From the IMG/VR virus record IMGVR_UViG_3300005537_000007, positions 1-52,660 of that record: a DNA stretch of 52,660 nucleotides. The stretch is one strand, 5' to 3'. The DNA comes from a virus (taxonomy: Duplodnaviria; Caudoviricetes). A program made the translations under genes and the position numbers. Shown here one piece after another: positions 43,568-51,858 of the stretch (position 1 is the stretch's first letter; each line of letters begins with the position of its first letter). The notes below the pieces were generated by a model. It saw only the letters and a list, made by a program, of their open reading frames with translations, did no database searches and was not told the origin of the DNA.

Positions 43568-44485
43568 ATGAACCAAATTGCGACAGTTCCCGCGGGCACC
43601 CCCGTGGAGGTAGTTGAAAAGTCGCGCGCGATGGTGCGCGTGGAAGCGGCGCGCAAAGCGTGCAACGCGGCCGAAGCTTCGTTCGCTGAACACTGGGCCG
43701 CAACATCCAACAAGGCTAAAGCGTACCGATTGGCCATGGGCTACGACGGTACAAAGAAAGGCGCGAAGGCGTGGGGGCCAGCGTTTCAGTATCAACGTGC
43801 GATTGAGTATTCCTACAAGCCAGCAGTGCAAGAGTATTTCCAGGCGTTGAAGGATCTTGCGTGCGAGAACGCGGTGATCAACATTCAACGCATCCTGGAA
43901 CATGACAAGGCAATTGTGCAGGCGGCGGAAACATCCAACGATCTATCACGCCACGTGTGGCTCAATTGCCGCTACTGCCACGGTGCCAACAACGCGTATC
44001 AGTGGATTGATGATGCGGAGTATCGGCAAGCCATGGCGAAATGGTTTGAACAGGTCGGCGCGTTGAAGGGGGATCAACCCGCGCCCGCGCAACCGGACGA
44101 CTCGGGCGGCTATGGTTTCGAACAGTGGGCCAAGCCCAACGCCGATTGCCGCCGCTGCCTGGGGCTCGGCGAGCAGCGCACGCTTATCGCGGACACGACC
44201 GAGCTGGAGGGACCGGCCGCTGCGCTCTACAAGGGCGTGAAAGCCAAAGCGGACGGCTCAATCGAGTTGATTACGCACGATGTGGACAAAGCCAAGGAGC
44301 GACTGCTGAAGGCCGCAGGCGCGTATGGTGACTCGGCTAGCGACGTGGCCCGCGGCGCGGCGGCGGGGGCTGCTGCGGGGGCGGCGGCTGCTGGGGCGGC
44401 TCAGGTAGCAGCCCGTACAGCGACTGTCGCAGTGACGCTTTCGGATGAGGAAGCGGCGCGGATGTATTTGGAGCTGGCGGGTTAG
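43568..44485 (+). CDS. terS: Terminase small subunit (Zn-finger type)
   Basis: Motifs AYRxAxG, CRYCHG...YQW, PNxDCxxCxGxG, DT..L...AxxLYxGVK and C-terminal EAxRxY. Upstream of terL. Confidence 0.75.
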   Translation: MNQIATVPAGTPVEVVEKSRAMVRVEAARKACNAAEASFAEHWAATSNKAKAYRLAMGYDGTKKGAKAWGPAFQYQRAIEYSYKPAVQEYFQALKDLACENAVINIQRILEHDKAIVQAAETSNDLSRHVWLNCRYCHGANNAYQWIDDAEYRQAMAKWFEQVGALKGDQPAPAQPDDSGGYGFEQWAKPNADCRRCLGLGEQRTLIADTTELEGPAAALYKGVKAKADGSIELITHDVDKAKERLLKAAGAYGDSASDVARGAAAGAAAGAAAAGAAQVAARTATVAVTLSDEEAARMYLELAG

Positions 44486-44756
44486 CTATTGCCCGCGCTG
44501 TTGCGTCGATGCGTGCTTGATTAGTTAAAAACCACTCCACTAATGGGTCCACTAATGGGCTGAGTGGCGATTCAATCAATCGCCGAATGTGATCAATCCC
44601 AGCGCGCATGCCCGCGTATTCAGGATCGGGCGGCTTGACTCTCACTACAGATGCGAGCGCGAATACCCGGCGCTCCGCAGGCCACTCGCCCGTTCGTAAC
44701 AACCGATCTAACTCGCGTTTGCTGAGATTGCGGCGCATGGGGCGCATTGCTTTCAT
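44337..44756 (-). CDS. Hypothetical protein, last gene of the acr cassette (3' end overlaps terS)
   Basis: ATGA-coupled start at 44756. Confidence 0.4.
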   Translation of the reverse strand: MKAMRPMRRNLSKRELDRLLRTGEWPAERRVFALASVVRVKPPDPEYAGMRAGIDHIRRLIESPLSPLVDPLVEWFLTNQARIDATARAIANPPAPNTSAPLPHPKASLRQSLYGLLPEPPQQPPPPQQPPPPRRGPRR

Positions 44757-44860
44757 GAGCGTTCCTGCCACCACGCGAGCGCGGCGATAGCCAGGACGCT
44801 GATCACCGTGCCGCACACCGAGCCGATGATCACAAGCACCACTGTATGTGTTTCGCACAT
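44753..44860 (-). CDS. 35-aa single-TM peptide
   Basis: Read manually: MCETHTVVLVIIGSVCGTVISVLAIAALAWWQERS. Coupled on both sides. Confidence 0.45.
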   Translation of the reverse strand: MCETHTVVLVIIGSVCGTVISVLAIAALAWWQERS

Positions 44861-45039
44861 CATTCGACACCTTTGGGTAAATGCTTACGGTACTCTTCCA
44901 GCAGATCGTTCTGCGTGGAGTTGAACTGCGCCTCCAATCGCTCCACCTTGGCGCGTTGGGCCGCGAGCCGTTCCTTGTGCACGGCGAGCTGGTAGGCCAG
45001 TACGGCCAGCTCGCGGCGTAATTCTTCAAAGCGTGTCAT
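44860..45039 (-). CDS. Small coiled-coil protein
   Basis: Start overlaps the acr stop. Heptad pattern visible. Confidence 0.55.
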   Translation of the reverse strand: MTRFEELRRELAVLAYQLAVHKERLAAQRAKVERLEAQFNSTQNDLLEEYRKHLPKGVE

Positions 45040-45251
45040 CACATCACCTTGAACACTTCGCCGAATTTGGCCGCGTGGGCCATAGTGTAGGCGTCTATGA
45101 ATTGTTGATTGGTGCAAGGCGAGACGATGGTGCTGTAGATGTGTTCGCGCAGCTCGTCGTCCATCAAATTTACCGCAGCATCGAAATCCACCAACCGACC
45201 GTTGATAGGGGCGCCAACGTACACCTTGCCATCTCCGAAAGAATCATTCAT
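45039..45251 (-). CDS. acrIC5: Anti-CRISPR protein, AcrIC5-like (70 aa)
   Basis: NGRLVDFDAAVNLMDDELRE...QQFIDAYxxAHAAKFGEVF matches my recollection of AcrIC5 (NGxxIDFDAAVNLMDxELRE...QEFLDAY..AHAAKF). Acidic, GGAG RBS, first gene after a strong promoter. Confidence 0.8.
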   Translation of the reverse strand: MNDSFGDGKVYVGAPINGRLVDFDAAVNLMDDELREHIYSTIVSPCTNQQFIDAYTMAHAAKFGEVFKVM

Positions 45252-45279
45252 TTGCGTATCTCCGTAACCAGTGATGCGA

Positions 45280-45323
45280 ACTATACTGACCGTCGCGTCA
45301 GTTTGCAAGTGATGCGCGTCACG
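45280..45323 (-). promoter_or_regulatory. acr promoter TTGCAA-17-TATAGT with TGAC-N6-GTCA operator in the spacer and a CRP-like box
   Basis: -35 at 45303-45308, -10 at 45280-45285, palindrome at 45287-45300. Confidence 0.78.
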
Positions 45324-45342
45324 CTTTACACTGCGGCCGATT

Positions 45343-47049
45343 ATGGTAAATTCCAACGCGGAGCTGAGTGACCGGGGGCTCGTGGCTAACTCAGCAGCTG
45401 CATGCGAGCCCCAATTCGACTGGCGTCACCCGCACTATGCGCCTATTTGGGCCAAGCGCATGCGCATGCTGGCCAAGCTGCGCGATCCCAAGACCGGCCC
45501 GCAATACTTCCAAGCGATGATGCAGTTTTATCGTGCGGGCAACATCGACCGCATGATCGAGGACTGGGGCGTGACGGTCGATCCGCGCAATGCGGGCACT
45601 GGCAAGCCCATTATGATGCCGTTCATCTTGTTTCCACGGCAGCGTGAGTTTACCCAATGGCTGTGGGGTAAGTTCAAACAACAAGAAGATGGCCTCGAGG
45701 TCAAATCGCGTGATTGCGGCGCATCGTGGCTCGCCATGGCGTTTTCCATGTGCATGTGTCGCCTATTCAACGATGTTAGCTTCGGCTTTGGTTCGCGTAA
45801 AGAGGATCTTGTTGACCGTTCGGGCGATCCCGATTGCTTGTTCTGGAAAGGCCGCACATTCGTTAAATATCTGCCGCGTGAGATACGTGGCCCATGGGAC
45901 TGGAAGCGTAACAATGCACACAAACGTACATGGTTTGATGACACAAACAGTTCTGCCACCGGTGAGGCAGGGGATGACATTGGCCGAGGCGGCCGTAAAA
46001 CTATGTATTTTGTCGATGAATTTGCGTTCGTCGAACGACCCAAGCTCGTGGATGCAGCACTGTCAGCCAACACGCGATGTCGTATTGAGATGTCTTCAGT
46101 TAATGGGCTCAACAACACGTTCGCCGAGCGCGCCCGTGGCGGAAAGATAGATCGATTCGACTTCGACTATCACGACGATCCGCGCAAGTGTTACGTTGAT
46201 GCGAATGGCATCAAGGTGCCCTACCCTGATTTCGCCAAGTATCTCGCCTCGCTCGACCCCGTGGTTAAGGCCGCGGAGTATGACCGCGACTTCAAGGCAT
46301 CTATCGAAGGCGTGCTTATCCCACAGGAATGGGTAGAGGCGGCCATCGGTGCGGCGGCGAAGCTGGGTATTAAAGTTAGCGGCGTGCGTCGGGTCGCGTG
46401 GGATATTGCTGATGCCGGCAAGGATAAAAATACCAACATATTCCGCCATGGTATCCAGGTTGAGGATGCCGAAGAGTGGCAAGGTCAGGAAGCGCGCATG
46501 ATGGATTCTGTGCGGCGCACTGTTGAGTTTGTTGATAAGCATCAAGCGAGTGAGTTGTACTACGATAAGGATGGCATGGGCGCGCCGGCATCGTCCATGC
46601 TAGCCATGGAACTGGAAGAACGCCGAAAGCGCAACGCGAAGTATCGATTGAGCGTTACGGGTTTCCGTGGCAGCGGTGCGGTAATAGATCCGGAGCGCAA
46701 AACTCCGGGCACGGACCGCAAGAATGAGGATTACCTCGAGAATCAAAAGGCGCAAAGCTGGATGGCCCTCCGTTGGCGGTTTTGGATTACATATAACGCT
46801 TTGACCGTTCCCGGCTATACGTATGATCCGAATGAAATTATCTCGTTAAATCCACAGATGAAGTTGCTCACCAAGCTCACGGGTGAATTGTCGCAACCCA
46901 CCCGCACGTGGAGCAAGACGGGCAAGCTCATGATCGATAAGACGCCCGACGACGTTGCCTCTCCCAACCTTGCGGATGGCGTGATGATGGAATTTGCATA
47001 CCAGCGGCCCGCTATGGTATTCAGTGACGAACTGTTGGGGGCACTATGA
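45343..47049 (+). CDS. terL: Terminase large subunit
   Basis: Motifs PFILFPRQ, Walker A-like KSRDxGASW, GRGGR, Walker B YFVDE, SSVNG, nuclease WDIADxGxD, YDxDGxG and SPNLAD. Confidence 0.92.
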   Translation: MVNSNAELSDRGLVANSAAACEPQFDWRHPHYAPIWAKRMRMLAKLRDPKTGPQYFQAMMQFYRAGNIDRMIEDWGVTVDPRNAGTGKPIMMPFILFPRQREFTQWLWGKFKQQEDGLEVKSRDCGASWLAMAFSMCMCRLFNDVSFGFGSRKEDLVDRSGDPDCLFWKGRTFVKYLPREIRGPWDWKRNNAHKRTWFDDTNSSATGEAGDDIGRGGRKTMYFVDEFAFVERPKLVDAALSANTRCRIEMSSVNGLNNTFAERARGGKIDRFDFDYHDDPRKCYVDANGIKVPYPDFAKYLASLDPVVKAAEYDRDFKASIEGVLIPQEWVEAAIGAAAKLGIKVSGVRRVAWDIADAGKDKNTNIFRHGIQVEDAEEWQGQEARMMDSVRRTVEFVDKHQASELYYDKDGMGAPASSMLAMELEERRKRNAKYRLSVTGFRGSGAVIDPERKTPGTDRKNEDYLENQKAQSWMALRWRFWITYNALTVPGYTYDPNEIISLNPQMKLLTKLTGELSQPTRTWSKTGKLMIDKTPDDVASPNLADGVMMEFAYQRPAMVFSDELLGAL

Positions 47050-47071
47050 GAGATGATTGGGAGGGATTGTA

Positions 47072-47221
47072 ATGAAACCGCACATATGGTTTGCTGGCGG
47101 CCGTTGGTTTTGCGGTTTCTCCGGAACAGTAGGGCTAGGCGTGTCGCCCGAGAGTGCTTACCGCGATTATTGGCTCGTCGCAGGTCTGCGAAAATACGTG
47201 TTGCCGTACGCCACGCGATGA
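47072..47221 (+). CDS. Small phage protein (MKPHIW...W.C...GxGxSPxxAYxD)
   Basis: Read manually. GGAGG RBS, ATGA-coupled. Confidence 0.55.
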   Translation: MKPHIWFAGGRWFCGFSGTVGLGVSPESAYRDYWLVAGLRKYVLPYATR

Positions 47222-47472
47222 GTCGGCGCGGCACAGCAGTGGGCGGCATTGATGAGAGTGGCCCGATGTCGTTTCTAACTCGTGCCCAAGACCGAGCGTT
47301 GCGGGCCAAAGCGTGGCGTTATGTGCGGCGGATCAACCCTCAGGTGGCGCGCCGCGTGTGGCGTAAGCACAGGACGGCCCAACAGTGGAAACGCTTGGGA
47401 ATCGTAGGCGTGGCTGGCCATGACATTGGCCGCGGCGGGCGCACTACCGTGTATTACGTGGACGGTATATGA
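47218..47472 (+). CDS. Basic 84-aa protein ending in a TerL-like segment
   Basis: C-terminus GVAGHDIGRGGRTTVYYVD mirrors TerL GEAGDDIGRGGRKTMYFVD. Confidence 0.5.
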   Translation: MSRRGTAVGGIDESGPMSFLTRAQDRALRAKAWRYVRRINPQVARRVWRKHRTAQQWKRLGIVGVAGHDIGRGGRTTVYYVDGI

Positions 47473-47750
47473 TCTGCGCGCGCTGTCACTACGTGAACAA
47501 CAACGGGCCGCCCGTGCGGCGCATCTGTATCGCCTGCAAGAAACCGTTCGAGCCGGGGCTCATCCGCGCCCCGTGGAAGTTCGAGCCGTCCACAGTACAT
47601 GACCCGCACCGGAATCGCGGCGGCCTAGGCCCTCAGTTTCCTGTGAGCCGGTTTCACCCGATTGATTTACTCAAACCGTACGTAGAACAGGTTATCGAAT
47701 CCGCCATTAAAGCCGGACTCGTCAAGCGCGGCAGTTCCCACGGGAGCTAA
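47469..47750 (+). CDS. Zn-ribbon protein
   Basis: CxxC...CxxC at the N-terminus. ATGA-coupled. Confidence 0.5.
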   Translation: MICARCHYVNNNGPPVRRICIACKKPFEPGLIRAPWKFEPSTVHDPHRNRGGLGPQFPVSRFHPIDLLKPYVEQVIESAIKAGLVKRGSSHGS

Positions 47751-47950
47751 GGTGTGCTAGGGTGCGCGGGAGCCGAACGGTCGGCGCACAGGTGCAACAA
47801 TGGCCCGCCGACAACCCAGCCTGATACATCGGGGCTATCTCTACGCCCAAAAGAGGCAGCCGTCTGCATTTCCGGCAGGCGTTGAGCCATCCACCGTTCG
47901 CATGACTTATGCCCGCGCGTGGCGCGATGGCTACCTTGCGGCTCAACGCG

Positions 47951-48811
47951 ATGCCAAAAACAAGCCGTAGGCCCAAACAGCTCCGCACCATCGCCGCGAT
48001 TCATCCGAACCGTGGCGTGCAGGCGTGGTATTGGAACGAGTTGGAACGATTGATCCGCTCGGCCCACGGCGACCTCTTGCGTCAGTTGGAGCGGCCGGCG
48101 CAGATAGCGTTAGATGGCAAGCCTCGCACACCATCCGGGTTGGTGCGTGAAGATGGTTCAGAAGTTGTATACGACGCATCTTCACCAATCACGCGGTTGG
48201 ATAAAGTACTCAAACGATGGGGTGAACGATGGGCGGGGAAATTCGACAAAGCGGCCAACAAGCTGGCGAAGCAATTTGCGGCGAAATCGTTCACCTCGAC
48301 AAACACGGCATTTCGAGCTGCCCTTTCAAGTGCAGGCTTTACGGTCCGGTTCAAAACGACGAAAGCCTCGCTGGAGTCGTTTCGTGCAACTGTCGCGGAG
48401 AATGTTGGGCTAATCAAGTCAATACAACAGCAGTTCCACACCAAAGTCCAGGGTGACGTATGGCGCGCTGTAACACGTGGCTCAGACTTGTCCACTCTGA
48501 GCAAGAGCTTGCGCGAGAGCTACGATATTACGACGAAACGCGCGGCCTTGATCGCGCGGGACCAGAACGCGAAAGCCAAGGCGACGATCGAGAACACACG
48601 AAGGGCGGAGCTTGGAATTACACAGGCCATTTGGCAACATTCGAGCGCGGGTAAAAAGAAGCGTCGTACCCACGTTGCGATGAACAACAAAGTGTTTGAT
48701 ATTCGTAAAGGGATGTGGGACGAGGATGAACAAGAATGGGTGTTGCCGGGCCAGTTGATTAACTGCCTCTGCACATCGCGCGCCATCATACCGGGGTTGG
48801 AAGAATCATGA
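47951..48811 (+). CDS. Minor head protein (Mu gpF/SPP1 gp7-like)
   Basis: Motifs ENVxLIKSI, RAxLIARDQxxK, WxHS, RxxH and PGxxINCxC. Confidence 0.88.
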   Translation: MPKTSRRPKQLRTIAAIHPNRGVQAWYWNELERLIRSAHGDLLRQLERPAQIALDGKPRTPSGLVREDGSEVVYDASSPITRLDKVLKRWGERWAGKFDKAANKLAKQFAAKSFTSTNTAFRAALSSAGFTVRFKTTKASLESFRATVAENVGLIKSIQQQFHTKVQGDVWRAVTRGSDLSTLSKSLRESYDITTKRAALIARDQNAKAKATIENTRRAELGITQAIWQHSSAGKKKRRTHVAMNNKVFDIRKGMWDEDEQEWVLPGQLINCLCTSRAIIPGLEES

Positions 48812-49008
48812 TAAAGGGTTTTAAAACGGTCACCGCTACGTCGCCGCACGGCGCATCAGAAAGATTCATCGGCGAAGCGTTGTATATAAGACGCGGCTAT
48901 CCAGGGCATATAGAGATCTTAGAATTAAGCATTGATCAGCCGACCGGTGCGCCGCTTGTTGGCGTAGTACCCGACTCGTGGGCGTTGCGTTTTGAGTTGA
49001 ACCAATAG
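48808..49008 (+). CDS. Hypothetical protein
   Basis: ATGA-coupled to the gpF-like gene. Confidence 0.45.
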   Translation: MIKGFKTVTATSPHGASERFIGEALYIRRGYPGHIEILELSIDQPTGAPLVGVVPDSWALRFELNQ

Positions 49009-49023
49009 TTATATAGGTGTTGC

Positions 49024-49389
49024 ATGTTTCGTAAACTCTCCTTCGCTCTCTCCCTCACCCTCGCCTTCCTGTTTTGCACTCTGCCCACCTGGGCCGCAAC
49101 GCTCTACGTGGAGGAATTCTCGCAGCCTGTGCCCGTGTTGTATCAGGCGGCCATCACGCCCAGCCTTGCATCACAGACCGTGGCTATTGGCGGCAGCTCG
49201 GCGCAATCGGCTGCGTTCAAAAACGACACCGTGTTGATCCGCGTTCACGCGGACGCAATCTGTAGCGTGCAGATTGGGCTGAACCCCACTGCGGCAACTA
49301 CGAATATGCGCATGACGGCGGGCCAGACAGAGTATTTTCTGGTACCCAAAGGAGCCGCGTTTAAGATCGCGGTCATAAGCAACACATGA
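49024..49389 (+). CDS. Signal-peptide-bearing small beta protein (possible head-spike or fibre base)
   Basis: Signal MFRKLSFALSLTLAFLFCTLPTWA, then SAQSAAF...IRVHAD..C....G.NPTA.....M.AGQTEYF. Confidence 0.6.
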   Translation: MFRKLSFALSLTLAFLFCTLPTWAATLYVEEFSQPVPVLYQAAITPSLASQTVAIGGSSAQSAAFKNDTVLIRVHADAICSVQIGLNPTAATTNMRMTAGQTEYFLVPKGAAFKIAVISNT

Positions 49390-49550
49390 TCCTTATCGCT
49401 TGCGCCTATTTCCTCAACGGTGGCGTGGGTATTCTCACGCAACCCAATACGGGCGCAGGCTCCGGGCCGCCACCCGTTACTCACTATCTCGTGACCGGGA
49501 CCGGCACGCCACTCGCCACAGGATCGGGCGCAATTCTGGTGTATCAATGA
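49386..49550 (+). CDS. 54-aa peptide with C-terminal LxTGxGxxL repeat
   Basis: Read manually, ATGA-coupled on both sides. Ends YLVTGTGTPLATGSGAILVYQ. Confidence 0.55.
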   Translation: MILIACAYFLNGGVGILTQPNTGAGSGPPPVTHYLVTGTGTPLATGSGAILVYQ

Positions 49551-50803
49551 AATCGCTCTACCGCTCACTCCCCTTGTGGCTGCCTTCAGCTATCGTTTTG
49601 TTGCTGTTCGCATCTGGCGCATTCGGCCAGAACGTAACAATCAACGCGCTTCCCACGGGCGCGGCGATTACCGGCACCGAATCCGTGCCGATGTACCAAT
49701 CAGGCTCATGTTCCGCAACGAGCGGTACGTGCCAAACGACGCCCGCCGCGTTGCTCACCTACGTGAACGCCAACGCCGCACTGAACGCGTCAGCGCTCGT
49801 TAACGGCACGTTGCTCGTGGGGCGCATGCCTGCTCTTACGGGCGATGTCACGACTAGCGCGGGCGCCGTGGCGACCACCATTGCGGCGAGCGCGGTAACC
49901 AACGCGAAGTTGGCCAACATGGCCGCCAGCAGTATCAAATGCAACTCTACGACCGGTAGCGCCGTAACCGTAGATTGCAATCCCCTTCAGGCAGCCAACC
50001 TCATGGCAGCGCTGCTCGCCGTGGACGTTGCAAGCAACGCCAACACCACTCTGAGCGGGTTACAAACTGTCGATGGCATACCAGGATTCGCCGGAGAAGT
50101 AGTCCTCCTGTGGGGACAAACCACCGCATCGCAGAATGGCTTCTACGTGATGGCTTCAGGCGCGTGGTCCCGAGCGGTCAATTTCCCTGGCGGTTACACT
50201 ATTCCCCAGTTTTGCGATCTTGCGGTGTTTGTTCTAAAAGGCACTAGCACTGGCGGATTGCACCTGTACTTAGACACCTCTTCTGCTGCCATCACCGTTG
50301 GAACGACTTCCCAAACTTGGCGTTTTCGAGCGCTCCCGGTCGCGACTCCAACGGTGTCAGGCACCACCAAGACCACCTCCACCACGCCGGGGCTGAATAC
50401 AGTCCCCTCCATGACCTCACCCCCGAGCGCCAGCGGCGGTGCGGCCCAAGACTGCGTATCGTTCAGCGATACCGCCGGTAGCATCGCGGATTCGGGCGAT
50501 CTGGCGGGTGAGCTTGGCCCCTGCATTGTGTCGGACGCCAACGGTCATGCGCTTCTGACGGGCGTTGCCTTGCCGGCTTCGAATGTTGGGACTCTGGATG
50601 GGAACGACCAACACGGTCACATCACCGGGCTCACTGCCGCGACCTCCGTGACTATCACCTTTGGAGCGCCCTGGACCTACGCGCCCTCCTGTGGCGCCAG
50701 CACCAGTGCGAACACCGCCGTGGGAATGTCGGCATCGTCTACGGCGGCTGTGACTTTGAATTTTGTGGCGCTTACTGGGTCGCTTCACTATTGGTGTTTT
50801 TAA
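49547..50803 (+). CDS. Signal-peptide-bearing virion-fibre-like protein (418 aa)
   Basis: Signal MKSLYRSLPLWLPSAIVLLLFASGAFG, TINALP anchor, LTGDVT...IAASAVTNAKLA repeat, LSGLQTVDG...QTTASQNGFY...GAWSRA fibre domain, and several Cys pairs. Confidence 0.7.
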   Translation: MKSLYRSLPLWLPSAIVLLLFASGAFGQNVTINALPTGAAITGTESVPMYQSGSCSATSGTCQTTPAALLTYVNANAALNASALVNGTLLVGRMPALTGDVTTSAGAVATTIAASAVTNAKLANMAASSIKCNSTTGSAVTVDCNPLQAANLMAALLAVDVASNANTTLSGLQTVDGIPGFAGEVVLLWGQTTASQNGFYVMASGAWSRAVNFPGGYTIPQFCDLAVFVLKGTSTGGLHLYLDTSSAAITVGTTSQTWRFRALPVATPTVSGTTKTTSTTPGLNTVPSMTSPPSASGGAAQDCVSFSDTAGSIADSGDLAGELGPCIVSDANGHALLTGVALPASNVGTLDGNDQHGHITGLTAATSVTITFGAPWTYAPSCGASTSANTAVGMSASSTAAVTLNFVALTGSLHYWCF

Positions 50804-50805
50804 GG

Positions 50806-51858
50806 ATGAATTTACGCGCACTGTTGTGTTGGGCGGTTCTAGTTGGAACCGCCCACGCAGGCCCTAACGTACTCAACGCGACCACGCATGCCGATACGTT
50901 TATAGCTCCTGCTATCAACGCCGTGCTGGGGTCGGGCCACGTCGATACCGATATATTCGTAGATTATTACGGCGCGGGCACGGTAGCGAATATGATCGCG
51001 GCCAGCTCCAACACGGGCGCGAGTTACACGTCTGTTGCCAGCGGTCTAACGGTCAACCATGCGCCATATAAAGTCATAAACGCCTCCTTGTGTTGCTTTG
51101 CTACGGCCACGGATCAAGCGAACTACCCTTCTTTGGTGAGTGGCGACATCGCCTACGCCCAGCCGATCGGCACATTGCCGTTGCCCGCCGGCAGCGCGCC
51201 TCCTACGGCCATGATTACGGCATCTTCACCCAACTCCGGCGATGGCCCTGGAACCAACGGCTCGGGCCTGGAATTCGGGCTGTCAGCGAGCTACCTGGGA
51301 CTCGACACCAGCGCCGATTCCTGGGATTCAGCCGCGATCGCGGGATTCGTGGCGGCGCTCGAGTTCAACCACCCCACGTGGAATTTCTTTGACGCCAAAG
51401 CGGCTTTGCGCGTCACCGCAGGCCAATGGGCCACCGGGTACTCGAGTAGCAATTTCGGCTTCGGGTTTGTCAATTGGAGCGCCGCCAACGCCGCCTCGAC
51501 CCTGTACCTGCAAGGCCCTGGCATGACCGTGCGCAACCAAGTAGACGCTGCTGTCATCACGTTGTACCCGTTTCGCCAGACGCGCCGCACCCGCGAAGTG
51601 ATCTATTCGGTGCCGGCCGCCTATACGTGGCCGATCAAAAACGAGTACACCGCATCGGATCTTACCGCATCGGGCGGCACGCTCTTGTACACCTCCAACG
51701 GTACAGACGTAGAACCAACCTACACATTTATGCCCGTTGCATCGGGCACGGTGACGTTCGTGGCTTTCACCACCGACGGATCGGGAAACTATTCGCGTGT
51801 TGAGCCGTATAGCGAAATGTCGGCCGCGCTGTTGGTGAGCGCATCATGCCATCCGTAA
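50806..51858 (+). CDS. Secreted subtilase-fold-like protein (divergent or degenerate)
   Basis: Signal MNLRALLCWAVLVGTAHA. VINASL and DSW.SAAIAGFVAAL...HPTW....KAALRxTA...GFGFVN resemble S8 peptidase elements. Confidence 0.5.
   Translation: MNLRALLCWAVLVGTAHAGPNVLNATTHADTFIAPAINAVLGSGHVDTDIFVDYYGAGTVANMIAASSNTGASYTSVASGLTVNHAPYKVINASLCCFATATDQANYPSLVSGDIAYAQPIGTLPLPAGSAPPTAMITASSPNSGDGPGTNGSGLEFGLSASYLGLDTSADSWDSAAIAGFVAALEFNHPTWNFFDAKAALRVTAGQWATGYSSSNFGFGFVNWSAANAASTLYLQGPGMTVRNQVDAAVITLYPFRQTRRTREVIYSVPAAYTWPIKNEYTASDLTASGGTLLYTSNGTDVEPTYTFMPVASGTVTFVAFTTDGSGNYSRVEPYSEMSAALLVSASCHP

Noticed and set aside
25506-47049. Inteins or self-splicing introns in polymerase, helicase, primase or terminase
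   Set aside because: Protein lengths are ordinary, and no intein-like C…HN or LAGLIDADG/HNH insertions are visible.
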